From: the human T2T-CHM13v2.0 reference genome, Homo sapiens
Reading direction: 5' to 3' (one strand)
Assembly (NCBI RefSeq): GCF_009914755.1
Contig: NC_060941.1
Length of the DNA: 64,000 bases
A program made the position numbers and the translations under genes. Positions within the stretch are counted from its first letter, which is position 1, and the number at the start of each line of letters is the position of its first letter. The notes beneath the pieces were generated by a model. It saw only the letters and a program-made list of their open reading frames with translations, was not told where the DNA came from and searched no databases. Below, piece after piece: positions 51,532-64,000 of this stretch.

Positions 51532-51996
51532 GTAAGTGATTTCTCAGGGAGGGCGGAGGTTCTGTTTGTGGTGGGCAGGCTGGGGGTGAAGGGCCACTTC
51601 GGGGGTATCCACTAGCCTTGCAAAATGAAAAGCGAAGGGCTTTCAAAATGGTAAGCTGAAGGGCTTCAAAGCTTCCCAGCGAATTAGAAGACTGTGGAGA
51701 GGAGCTTTCAACCTTAAAACTGTCGTGTCAATACGAGCGCATTGCATGGCTCTCCCTTTTCACCCCACGAGATGAGTCTTTTTGTGTTTGGCCAAAGTTC
51801 CTTTCATGACACTAATCTAAGCCCATTAATATGAGGAGCACTGGAAAGTTTTCCTTTGGCTTTTATGGAACCAAGTACAGATATCGTTGGTTTCTTCTTA
51901 GCTGACAGCCCAAATTCATGGGACCTGGTACAATCTTCCCTTTTGTGTGGTGGGCTGCCCTGGCTGCCACTGGCTGACCCATGCCTCTCCTTCTGA

Positions 51997-52089
<93 letters not shown>

Positions 52090-52193
52090 TAAGCTAAGGG
52101 CTCCAGTTGACCTCTGGGAAGAGAGAGCCCTTCAAGGTGATTCCAGCCATTCCCCTGGCTTTGGGCAGGCTGTGGATGACGGGGAGGAAATAA

Positions 52194-52683
<490 letters not shown>

Positions 52684-53271
52684 TGTGGGTTGACCGTGGC
52701 TTCTTTAATTCATTTGGAGACATTTTGGAGTCTGTGGAATCGGGCGGCGGTGCTGCTGAGAGGAGTGGGATGGGAAAGCATGGACTCCCTTTGGGCAGGG
52801 GGTCCTGACCTCACACCTCCTCCCAGAGGGTCCCTCACAAATCCCACGAGGGTGTTGGAGAAAGCAGGCTGGGGCTCTAGCCTTTTGGGCAGGAGTCTCG
52901 GACACAGGAAGGTGGTAATGGGGTACCCCAGGAAACAGCCCCATGCCTCCGAGATGGGAGAGGGGCTGGGGCAGAGCCTGTGAGGGCCACAGCAGGGTCA
53001 GAGCTGCCTCCTCAGACCTGGCGTCCCAGTGGGAGGAGGTGGCTTGGGGAGGGGGGTCAGGAGAAGCCAACCCGAAGCACCGTCTGGGTGTGTGTTCCAT
53101 TGTGGGTCTCTCCGGCATTAGGGGTTAGGGCTTGCATAGGAAAAGTGGCTCAGTGTTCATGTGTTGGGTTCTGCCAGCCACTGGGCCACTGCCAGGAAGC
53201 CCGACTCTGCATCCAGGTGATGCCAACACATCCTGCTCAGCCCAGTAAGAATCCAGTTCCTCAGGCCCCAT

Positions 53272-53416
53272 AGTAGTCCTCAGAGCAGTGGCACCAGCTG
53301 CATCCGGGAGTTTGTTGGAAACGCAGCATCCCGCGCCCCACCCGACCTGCGAGGTCAGAGTCTCTGTTTTCACAGGACCCCAGACGAGGTGCGCACATTA
53401 AAGCTGGAAAGCCCTG
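53272..53416. mobile_element. MER5A-like hAT MITE remnant
   Basis: TAGTAGTCCTCAGAG...GGGAGTTTGTTGGAAACGCAG..CCCCACCC..GACCTG...TTTTCACAGGACCCCAG...GCACATTAAAGCTGGAAAGCCCTG. Confidence 0.55.
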
Positions 53417-54172
53417 GTCCGGGAGCGGACTCCTGGCCTTGTTGCTGAGATGCACGGCTGTCGCGCAGGGCATGGAGCTTTCCTGGAGCCTGAGGTTGGC
53501 ACTGCCCCTTCTCCTGCCCCTGAGATGCTACTGCTAGAAGGGGAAGGTGGCGGGCAAGGGGGTGAAGTCGGCCAGGGCACCCAGGAGGCAGAGGCCAAAC
53601 CTAAGCTGGGAGCCGTGTGTTGCCAGGACCCCAGTGGCCGCCGCTGAGCTCCTTTTTTGGTTCTGACCAGGAGAAGGAAACGGGGCCCACTCTCCTAAGA
53701 AGGCTTCCTTGGCCTGCTCCAAACCCAAGAGGGTCCCCAGTCCCTCAGGCGAGGATGCTGTGGCCCACACTCGCCTCGACACGCTGCCTTCCCAGGGACC
53801 ACATCCGTACTGGCCAAGGCACAGTCTCGCATGAGACTGGTGGCCCCAGAGCAAAACGCTTTCTAAGACAGTGTCCAAGAAGAAGCTCAAGGCCTTCCTC
53901 GAAACACTGGCCTTATGCGACAATCCCACCCTCACCAGACCCCGTTTCAGATACTTTGTGTGGGAGGCAGGCCTGCGCCCCCTGCCCTACCACAGGTCTT
54001 TGGACCAGCACGAAGCTCCATCTGCTGCTGGCACACCTGGCAGCCATTTCAGAGGAGCCATGGACTGGCTGGGGTGTCCCTCTGTCGGGGATCTGTCCAG
54101 GCTGTGACACCCACCAGCTCCCCACTCTGAGAAGAGCTTTCCCTACAAAACACCCACACACGCATACAGTGT

Positions 54173-54649
54173 GATTAAAGTAAAATGCAATTCATGTAAA
54201 TATCTCCATCAAGGAATCATACAGGGAAGACCCAAGTGGCCATGGGGAACAGACTGGGTGTTAGTTTTTTAAATACAGAGGCATAAATAACTGTACACAA
54301 GGCAGTTAAATACACAGTGGTGCGATAGCACCTCCTGGTGGTCACTTGAAGTGGTGCACTCAGCAGCAAGTTCCATCTTTCACCCACTTGCCAGGCCTGG
54401 CATTTAAGATTTTGTCTCCAAGGGACCAGGGAGGCCCCAGTTTGAGAGAGGAGGCTCCGATCAATCCAGGGTGCTACTTGTTAGGAGGTCAAGTAAAGGG
54501 CTTGATGGGGAGCAACGTTGAGGAAATAAGACTTGAGGCTGGGGGATATCACTTTCCTCCATCTCCCCAGGCCCTGTGACCTCAGATAATGCAGAGCTGG
54601 CTCCATCCTTAAGTTCTGTGCCGGCAGCTTTAACCCCTCCTGTAGGCCC
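54173..54649 (-). promoter_or_regulatory. NOS2: NOS2 3'UTR with AU-rich elements
   Basis: ATTTA on the - strand (TAAAT on +) at 54197, 54270, 54284 and 54307; 3' end taken from the recalled mRNA end ...TTTTACTTTAATC. Confidence 0.8.
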
Positions 54650-54757
54650 TCAGAGCGCTGACATCTCCAGGCTGCTGGGCTGCACCGCCACCCTGTCCTT
54701 CTTCGCCTCGTAAGGAAATACAGCACCAAAGATATCTTCGTGATAGCGCTTCTGGCT
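54650..54757 (-). CDS. NOS2: NOS2 last coding exon
   Basis: [35 protein letters not shown]. Confidence 0.96.
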   Translation of the reverse strand, partial: SQKRYHEDIFGAVFPYEAKKDRVAVQPSSLEMSAL

Positions 54758-57700
54758 CTTTTAGGTAAAAACAGAGAGCAACGTGTCAAGTCCAGGCTGG
54801 GATGAGCCCCTGGGGTTGCCCAGCTTCCCTATCACATGGACCTTCATGAGCCATCTGTCTTCCCAACTGTTATACTTAGATTGTGCTTGAATCTGGTTTA
54901 GACCCTAACCCTGCTCAGCACCTGCTCTGGTGCGGGCCCTCTAACCATCTCCAAAGCTTTACTTAGCATACCCATTTCCTGCCCAGCGTTCATCCCCCAC
55001 CCAAGATACTCCAGGAAGTGTGAGCTCTGAGATAAATATGTTTGGGAAATGCTACGTCCTTTCTTTCCTTCCAGCCTTGAAGGGTCCTGATGAACAGCAG
55101 CATACTGAAGGCTCCCAGAAGTCTTGTAGTAAAGCAACGTGTTTGCCTTGCCTTAACTAAGCATGTCCCAGGCTATTCGACCTTGGAATCTTTTTGATGC
55201 CAACTGTCTACCGACCCACTGAACACATTTGGGGAAATGCCTGTTATCTCCTCACTGTTCTTCAAACACGCCAGCTTAACTCCCACCCCCGGGGCCTTTG
55301 TACCTGCTGCCCCTCCAGAACAGCCCAGAGTGTTTCCTTCAGTATCCACAGGGCTCCTCCTCACCATCTCAGGTTTATTCTCAGATGCCACCTTCCAGCT
55401 CTGCCTTCCCTGGCCACCCTATTTAAAATTACACTCCCCAGCGTTCCCTGGGCTGTTTCCTGCTGTTTTTCTCTGAAGCACTACACCTCTTTCTTGTCTG
55501 GGTTTGTCAGCCCCAGTAGAATGTAAAGAATTTTTGCCTGATTCATTTACTGCTCTATCCCTAGCACATAGTAGGTGCTCAATAAATGTTCAGTTGAACG
55601 TATGAATGTGTCTTAGGGAGAGTATGGAAGTGACAATCACAGGCTTTGGAACCAGAGAGAGGCAGACTGAACTCTAGGCTCTCACATTTACTGCTGTGGT
55701 CCCCGTAGGCCCCCTTCCCTCTGTAAAAGGGGGTGCCTCCCTCATAAAGTCCTCGGCAGGACTGAATGAAATGTCACATGAGAATCCTTGGCAAGCAGTA
55801 TGCCCAGTGTAAGCCCTTGATAAATATCACTATTATCTTCATCAATAAAATGCAAGCCCTTCCTGCTGGGGGGATGAGGGTGAGCAGACACCAGCCTGGG
55901 TGTAAATAAGAAGTGTGAGGTTCACACGAGGCTGACGGGGGGCAGCCTTGCTCTCCCCTGTGTTCACAGCCTTGCTTTGGCCACACAGATACTTTCTGAA
56001 AGGGGGGTTTGGGGAGAGGCCAGGGAGACTCTCCTGCCCCCATTCTACAGATGGAAAAATGGAACACATTCACCCGACTTCTCAAAGCTGCCAACTGGTC
56101 CAGGATGTGCAGTAGGGCCATCTGACAGCCCACCCAGCTCAGATCTCAGCCACTGCTAAGATTCTCTTGGGGTCCAGAACCTTTCTGGGCCTGATTCCCC
56201 TGGGTCTACCTGCCACCCCTGGTCCTGGCTCCAACGGCCTGTGCCCTTGGCCGGCACCTTCAGCCCACACACCCACTACTATACCTTGAGCTGAAAGAAA
56301 TAGTCCTCGACCTGCTCCTCATTCAATTTCAGCTTGGCAGCCACCAGCTGCTTCAGGGTGTGGGCCACGTCCCGGGCCATGCGCACATCCCCGCAAACAT
56401 AGAGGTGGCCTGGCTCCTTGTGGAGCACACGGAGCACCTCGCTGGCCAGCTGCTGCCGCAGGATGTCCTGAACATAGACCTGAAACCAGAGGAAACAGTG
56501 GGTTCAGTCCTCAGCTGCTCAGGACAAGGCTTGCAGGCAGGCCTGCTGGCCTCAAGGAGGCGGGGAGAGGGGCACTAAGGGGTGAGGAGTGAGTCCCCTT
56601 CCAGCCAGGACCTTGCAAGGGGCCAGGCTCAGGATGAGGTGCATGGATGCCCCTGGGGCTCGGCTGGGATTAGAGAGATAAATGCTGGACACAGTCCTGC
56701 CCTCGAGGGGCTGACCATCCAGTGGGGATCCCAGACTGTCTCTGAATTTGCCATGCTTCAAAAAGGCATCAATGAAGGCAGTCCCCCTGCCCAGGGCTCT
56801 GCCTACACCCCAGAAAAGGGAGCCTCTCAATGCAGTCTACCCATTAGGTCTCTGCAGGGTATGGATCCCGGGCTCCCCAGATACAAGGTCCAGGAGTCAG
56901 TCAGGGACTCTCTGCTCCTGCTCCACACAGGATGCCCAGTGGCCCCAGCACTGGGCACAGAGCACTGGGCCCAAGAGGTGCCCTGATGGGACAAATGTGT
57001 GAAGGCCGAGAGTCTATTCTGACACCCCAGGCTCAGGGGGTAACGCGGCCCTGGGGACAGAAGAGCCCCTCTGATGGCCGTGGTGGAAGCATCGGCCGCC
57101 CTCCAGCCTTGCAAGGCTTGAGCGTAGCCAGCCTGGACCACCTCTCCCCGGGCAGTCGCGTGTCCCAGGGGGCCTGCTGGGGACCTTCAGCAGGCTGGGC
57201 TCTGGGGTTAACCCGCGTGTGACCTAGGTTAGTCCTGAACCTCTCCAGGTCTGTCGCTTCTGCTGTATGAGAGGGTGTAATGCTCTTCACAGCATCACTC
57301 TGATGGTTGTGAATTACCAGCATTTTCGAGCTCAGGAGGTGAAGGCTCGGGGAGGCGAGGGGCCTGTGGGGACCCAGGGCTCACAGTGGAGCTTGTGTGT
57401 GTAATGCTTCACCTGCTTTGAGGCTGCATTTACCTTGGGCTTGCCAGGCAGGCGGGAATAGGCTGTGTGCACCGCATGCAGCACCCCCTTCTGGGCCATC
57501 TCCAGCATCTCCTCCTGGTAGATGTGGTCCTCATCTGGGCGGCGGCACCCAAACACCAAGGTCATGCGGCCTCCCCGCACTCCTGCAGGAGTCCCGGGCT
57601 GTTGTTACCATGTTGGCCACCAGAGGGCGCCAGGGCTCCAAGCCCAACTGGAATTCTCACTTCACTCCCACTAGCTATTTAATAGCATTATCCTCACTTT

Positions 57701-60700
57701 ACAGATGAGGAAACTGAGGCCCAGCGCATTCAGATCACTCATCCATAGTCACAGAACTGAAAGTGCGGATGCAGAATTCCCTCAGCCAATCGGAGATCAA
57801 AAGCAGGGACTTTCCTGTTACCCCCACTCCCAGGAGAGGGAGCCCTGGCTACTATGCGGGAGACGGAAAGGCAGCCATTCTAACCCGCAGAGGCCCGCAC
57901 AGGGAAGCAAACTTGGGAGGCCTTCCCTCGAGAGAGGTCAGGAACCGTTTGTGGGGCTGCAGTTCTGCTCCTAGGCAGGCGCTGGCCCCCTGGTGCCCCT
58001 CCCACCTGGGAAGCCTCCAGCCTTACCCTTGTGCTGGGAGTCATGGAGCCGTTGCTGCCAGAAACTGCGGAAGGGCGCGATGCCTGTGCCAGGCCCGATG
58101 AGGATGCAAGGATGGGAGGGATCCTCGGGGAGGTGGAAGCCGCTGGCACTGAAGAGGACAGGAGAAGAGGGGGCCAGTCCTCAGACACCCCAGGCCCACG
58201 CACACACAGGATGGCTGGGGAGCTGGGCCTGTGGGAGGCGGTCGTGAGGGGGTGGAGAGGACAAGAAGCTCCTATTTGATTTCCCACGTCCTGCAGGCTG
58301 CTTCACTTCTGTCCAGGCACCAGCACCTCCCCCAGGTCCTTCTGAAAAAGGGCCAAGCTCACTGGACTCTTGAGACCCACCTGTCATCGCTGTCCCTGCT
58401 ACAGGCAGCCACACCAGTGTGACCCCAGTGCCTTCTTTATGGGCCAAGGGGCTCCGAGCGTCTCCTAAACCCCAGATCCCTCCCTTTCCTCCCGGAACTC
58501 CCAGGGGTCGGCGGCCCCACAGGGGACAGAGTGGAAGGGGTGCTTACTTCCGCACAAAGCAGGGCACTGGGTCTTGGGGCTTCAGGCTGTTGAGCCATGT
58601 GCTGCAGACGCCGTGGTGCAGGGGACCCTGGCCATCTGCAACGATACCACAAAGTGACCAACGTCCCCCCACTGCCCATGCGCAAACTGTACCAGCTGCT
58701 CCGCCCACACCACGGCCTCCTTGGACGCCCCCACTCAGGCACTCTCAGGACTCAATGAGCAGCTGTTTGTCCTCCTGGTTCTGAGATCCACCCTCTGTAA
58801 GCGCGGAGCTGAGGAACGTTGAAAGGGACTTAGAGAGGCTGCAAGTTGCTCCTTCTGCCCAAGCAGAAACTGAGACGGGGAGAGGAAAAGTGACTTGAAA
58901 AAGGTCACTCAGGTCGTGGTGGAATCAGGTGGACAGCTCAGCTTCCCTGACTCCTACTCCAGTGCTCCTTCCAAAGACTTTCTCCGGGAACACTCCCAGC
59001 TCACCACTGAGCTCCACTGACAGCAGCATGAAGTGGCCCCTCAGGGTGGCTACTGCTGTGCGTGCTCATGAGCGTGGCCCTTGCTGGTAGCAACCCTGGG
59101 TGGTGGATGAGCTCCGCGCATTTCAGCCTGCTCTGGCACCTTGCTTTCCTCCTCAGTGGGCCCTCCTGGGCTTGTAGAAACCCAGGAGGTCTCTCTGGGT
59201 TGTGTTCCCTTTACAATGGCCCAGCACTTGAAGAAGGCCTCCAACCAACTGCAGAGGTCCCCCTGGTTTTCCTCGGGATTAAACTTTGATCTCACAGGAC
59301 ACGTCTGCCTCTCCTCTCCTGGTCTGGGTGGCTGTTCTCTAGCAGGGCAAATAGAGTCTCTGCCAAGGTTTTAGAAACTGTGTTTTTGCTTCTTGAGGAC
59401 AGAGGGCTCGGAAGTGTGGGCAGCTCCCAGCTTTGCCCACCCAGGCAATGCTCAGTTACAGAGGGCAGGGCAGGGGGCAGCGGCCAGTGGTGGAGCCGAG
59501 ACCACCTGGACGAGATGTTGGCCTCCCGCTCTATGGCAGCGTCACCCCCTGCTCTGCTTCCCTCAGTGACCCTGACCTTTCCTTCTTGGCTTCAGCACAA
59601 TGAGAATCATCTAATTATTTCTATGCCTATCTCTCCACTGCCGCCTCTAGATGCTCCCTGAGGGCAGGGCTGATCTCTGTTGTATTTCCACACCCACCCC
59701 AGTGCCAGGCACCCACTGAATAGCTGAGTGAGTGAATGAATAATCAATGCAGAATCTCCCCTGCGTTCAGGCTGCATGATTGGGAACACTAAGAACCACT
59801 GGCCTCCTACCAAGGGTTGAGTGCTCTTCACATCTGATCTCATTAAATTGTCCCAAGAGTAGTGGGACAGTGGAGTGGTGGAGGACTTGGACTCAGCAGT
59901 TAGACTATCCAGGTCTGAATCTCAGCTCTCCACTTACTAACAGTGTGACTTTCTGTGCCACCTGTAAAATGCACACAGTGCCTACCCCACAATGTAACTG
60001 ATCATATACATACAGAAGGCTTGGTTTAGTGCCTGGTTCCTAGAGATCTCTCCCACACACCTCCTAATACTGTTAACAACTCTGGGCTGTGGGTGTTCCC
60101 TCCCTCCTTGAACTGATGAGGGAGCTGAATCTGAGTTGATGAACAGATGTCCAATAATGGGCGGAGCGGGGCTGTTCCAGAGCCTCTGCCCCTGGCTCAC
60201 CTCGGGTGTGGTAGGTGACCACGGCCACAGTCAGGTGGATCTCCGTGGGCGTGTGATCCCGGGAGGAGCTGATGGAGTAGAACCTGGGCTTCAGAATGGG
60301 GAGCTGGGAAAGCAGGAAGCCAGCAGACACCCGCAGGGACGGGAACTCCTCTAGCACCTCCAGGAATGTGGGGCTGTTGGTGAACTTCCACTTGCTGTAC
60401 TCTGAGGGCTAAAAGCCAAGGGTGATGTCAGTGACTCAGGGCGCCTGTCCCGCTTTGGGGAAAAGACTGTCACAACCCAGTATTCATTCATTCATTCACT
60501 CACTCAACAAACAAGTCCATGTGCCAGGCACTGTCCATGGTGCTGAGACGACCAAACTTGAGACAAAATAAGTGCCTGTCCTGGAGGAACTCAGTCCAGT
60601 ACATTTATCTAACTTGTGTTACCTCCACTGTCGGCAACTCATGGGCAGGGGTCAAATCTTTATTGTAATTTATTTGGGGCAAGGCTTTGGAACCAATCAG

Positions 60701-63700
60701 ACCTGGGTTCAAATCTTGGCTGGGTGTCCTCACTAGCTGTGGAATCTTGTCCCAATTACCCTTTGTGAAACAAGGACAGTATTGCCTGTCTTGTGGGGAT
60801 GTTATGGGAATTAAATGAGAAAGCATGTGCCAAGTTAGTACATTGCAGCCACAAAATAATGGCGGTGGAGGTAGCTTAAATTGAGATAATTAGCTATAAT
60901 GATGATGATAATAATGACAACCAGTGCCTTTTGCAAAGACTTGGAACCAGACAGTTGCAGGTGAGTTAACGCATTCTCTCATTAACTTATTAATTCAGCT
61001 CTCCATCTGTCACTCTGCCCATTATGCCCATTTATCCATTCATCCACATCATCCATCCCCCAATACATCTTAAGTGACAAGTTTATTCCAGTTTTGGGGA
61101 AAGCAAAGACGGATAAGGGCGGCTCCCCTTCCTAGCTAATGTTCAAGGCAGTGCACTCTGGTTGCATCCTGCAGACACTTGGAAAAATTCAGTTCACTCA
61201 ACACAACTGTGTCCTAGACATGGGCCAGCGGACGATGCCTGGCTTCCCACCAGCCTTTGACAAGTCTCACTTTGGGAACCTGGTGTGGATCCCTCTTGAA
61301 AGTTAAAACCAGCTCTGGACTCTGGCTCCCCACATGCTGGGACCCCCCACATACCCCCACTGCCCACCAGCCCTGATCTTCACCTGGCACAGGGCCTCCA
61401 GCCTCTGTCTCTCAGGCTCTTCTGTGGCCACCTGGGCCAGCTTTTGGAGCAGCAGCTGGGTTGGGGGTGTGGTGATGTCCAGGAAGTAGGTGAGGGCCTG
61501 GCTGAGTGAGCAGGGGGGCAGCCTCTTGTCACTGACCCAGTAGCTGCCTGGATGGGGAAGGAAGGTGTCAGGATGGAAAAGAGGCCCCATTCAGGATTCT
61601 CAGTAGGTAGCGAGGCCCCCAGGCAGACACCCTCTATTCTCCAGCTGCAGGGGAAAGGAGGCTCTAAAGACCTGGCTCTAAGAGCAAAAGGCAGGAAGAA
61701 GGTGGCGCATGGAGAAAGGACTGCCAGGGAAGGCTGATCACCAGCCCCCAAAGGGGCAGTAAGTTGGCGTGGTCCTGATAAACTAACCACGTCCTTCTCT
61801 GGCCCAGACCTGAACTTTAGCAAGACACTCACTGGTGATCTACAGACTCACAATGACTAAATCCACCAAAGACTAATGGATACCTCACAGGCCAGTTGTT
61901 CACTTAGAGAGAAGCCCATGACTGCAGTCCCCTGGGTGCTGTACCAAGATGTGCTGGGTGAGCAGATGAGCCCAAAGGGAAGTCCCAGGGAGCAGCATGC
62001 AGGGCAGTCACAGCACAGACCCTGGTGCCAGAAGACACGGGTTCAAACCCTGGCTCCCCACTTCTGAGGTGACTGAAGCCTCTGGGCCTTGGCTTCCCTC
62101 CCTGTGAAACAGATCTGATAGCACAACCTATCTTGCTGGGTTGGCATGAGCACTGAATGAAATTGTGCCATAATAGTTGGTGCCGTGCCTGGTACACAGA
62201 TGCTTTGTAAACACTGGGTAAAAATAAGAGCCTGACATTCTCTCCTCTGGAACAGAGTCCTGATGAACCACATCCTTCACCCTACAGTCACAAGGGCAAC
62301 TGTCTTGTCGTCCCCACGTCTCAGGTTCTCTCACTTTCTCCTGGACAGTGGGGGTCACTGCCAGGCTCTGTTTCTCTGATCCCACTTTCTTTTTTATTTT
62401 TTTGAGATGGAGTTTCTGTCACCCAGGCTGGAGTGTAGTGGCGAGATCTCATATCACTGCAACCTCCACCTCCTGGCTTCAAGCGATTCTTGTGCCTCAG
62501 CCTCCCGAGTGGCTGGGATTGGGATAACAGGCATGTACCACCATTCCTGTCTAATTATTTTTGTATTTTTAGTAGAGACGGGGTTTTGCCATGTTGGCCA
62601 GGATTGTCTCAGACTCCTGACCTCAAGTGATCCACCCGCCACGGCCTCCCAAAGTGCTGAGATTACAGGCGTGAGCCACCACACCCAGCTCATCCCACTT
62701 TCTGACTTTGGCCACTGCATTGAGGGGGATGTTATCATTAGGGAAACTAAGGCCAGGGGGCCATGCCTTATGGGCTGGGACTGTTTCCACAGCTGCTTTC
62801 ACATAAGCTTTGGTGGCCCGCCCTCTCAGCAGGAAGGACAGGGATGGCTGTCACCGGCAGGCCCAGGCTCAGCCCCTCAGCCAGGTGGGGCGGCCAGAGG
62901 GTGCCAGGCAGCACTGGCTTTCTAGCCCGGGACTCACCACTCTCATCCAGGGCCTCCAGGCGCACTGTCTGGTGGGGTGTGGGGCCATCCACCACTCGCT
63001 CCAGGATGCCTTGGACCAGGGCCGGCTGGTTGCCTGGGCAAACCCCAAGGTGCTCCCCCGGCAGGTAGTTCAGGCCTTGGCCATCCTCACAGGAGAGTTC
63101 CACCAGGATGGTGGCACGGCTGGGGAAGGAAAATGAAGCCTCAGGTGACATTGCAGGATTTCCTCCAGGGCTCCTTGATGGGCAGGCGAGATTCCCCAGG
63201 AAATGTGCCCTCCTTTCATTTTCCTGGCTGGTTCCACAAGCTAGGCCACCACCCTGAGCTTGGGATGAGGCATCCCCACAGGCAGGGGTGCTTAAGAGGG
63301 CCCCAGGAGCTTCCCTCTGGGGAGGAGGGGGGCCCACCCCTTCCCAGCAGCCCTTGGAGCTCCCCGAGGGCTTGGCTACAGCCTCTGCCTAAAGAAAGCA
63401 TCCGCCTTGGACATACATGGATATCAGAAGAAACCTTTCCTTGTTGCCAGGACAAACCCTGTTCTTATTAGAACCAAGGCCAGTTTTCCTAATGCATGCG
63501 GGGAGGACAGCACAGATCAATGAAACCTGCAGATAATCCACAAGGCTCTTTCCCAGAGCTGGGAAATTTCCTTCCCTGCCAACACTTTTCCTGAAAGTTC
63601 TTAAGAATGAATCAAACAGTTTAAGTCTCTCTTGCACTCTCCTTTTAGTGAAAGAGTTCAATGAGGAAGGAGAGGAAGTGGAGCAGATGCTTAGAGTCCA

Positions 63701-63991
63701 AGCTGGAAAAGTGGCTCGTGGTTAACCAAGAGTAGACGTAAAAGCACAGGTGGCCGCAGGTTACCAGGTGGGCCGGTCCTACCGACAGTGTGGCTGCTAA
63801 TGCCAGCATATGCTCTTCTCCTCTCCCTTCAAAGACTGACTTCTTCTGATCTTTCATTCGTTAAAATAAAATCGACAGAGTATCACCCACGAAGCCCTGC
63901 ACTTTCCCTTACCTGGATGTCGGACTTTGTAGATTCTGCCGAGATTTGAGCCTCATGGTGAACACGTTCTTGGCATGCATGCTGCTGAGGG
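54650..63991 (-). CDS. NOS2: Inducible nitric oxide synthase, reductase-domain C-terminal part (last nine coding exons; the gene continues beyond the window)
   Basis: Exons of 79, 182, 164, 208, 88, 122, 149, 195 and 108 nt splice in frame with GT/AG ends to an uninterrupted protein ending ...[12 protein letters not shown]. Confidence 0.97.
56285..56479 (-). CDS. NOS2: NOS2 exon (NADPH-binding)
   Basis: [65 protein letters not shown]. Confidence 0.96.
57434..57582 (-). CDS. NOS2: NOS2 exon
   Basis: [49 protein letters not shown]. Confidence 0.96.
58027..58148 (-). CDS. NOS2: NOS2 exon
   Basis: [40 protein letters not shown]. Confidence 0.96.
58548..58635 (-). CDS. NOS2: NOS2 exon
   Basis: [28 protein letters not shown]. 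Confidence 0.96.
60201..60408 (-). CDS. NOS2: NOS2 exon (FAD-binding RxYSISS)
   Basis: [69 protein letters not shown]. Confidence 0.96.
61384..61547 (-). CDS. NOS2: NOS2 exon
   Basis: [54 protein letters not shown]. Confidence 0.96.
62385..62690 (-). mobile_element. Intronic Alu
   Basis: Reverse Alu flanked by an ATCCCACTTTCT duplication. Confidence 0.9.
62938..63119 (-). CDS. NOS2: NOS2 exon
   Basis: [60 protein letters not shown]. Confidence 0.96.
63913..63991 (-). CDS. NOS2: NOS2 exon
   Basis: [25 protein letters not shown]. Confidence 0.95.
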
Positions 63992-64000
63992 CTGTGGAGG

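Noticed and set aside
53125-54174. Several 130-185-aa overlapping ORFs between the two 3' ends
   Set aside because: Expected in GC-rich DNA; low-information Pro/Gly/Ser-rich translations without domains
54650-63991. NOS2 pseudogene copy (NOS2P-type) rather than NOS2
   Set aside because: All nine exons are in frame with canonical splice sites and match the recalled NOS2 protein

Overview
Primate (most likely human, 17q11.2-like) genomic DNA with three parts. (1) About 1-37.5 kb is AT-rich and repeat-dense. It carries two duplicated GOSR1-like exons (unprocessed pseudogene fragment, + strand), a defective full-length ERV9/LTR12 provirus (9297-18340, GGAG target-site duplication, unusual tRNA-Pro-type primer binding site), a solo LTR12, old L1s, a MADE1 MITE, a split Tigger1 transposon, many Alus and an unidentified terminal-exon-like segment near 31 kb. 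(2) About 38-52.7 kb is GC-rich and holds a galectin-9 pseudogene (LGALS9DP-like, + strand). It lacks exon 1, has a frameshift in exon 3 and has a 3' deletion, yet several exons look pristine. (3) 54.2-64 kb holds the last nine exons of an intact NOS2 gene on the - strand, tail-to-tail with the pseudogene. I found no convincing wholly new system. The best leads are the mosaic LGALS9 pseudogene, possible LTR12-driven transcription through it towards the NOS2 3'UTR, the Pro-PBS ERV9 and the orphan terminal exon. Gene and repeat identities come from recalled sequences, not from database searches.
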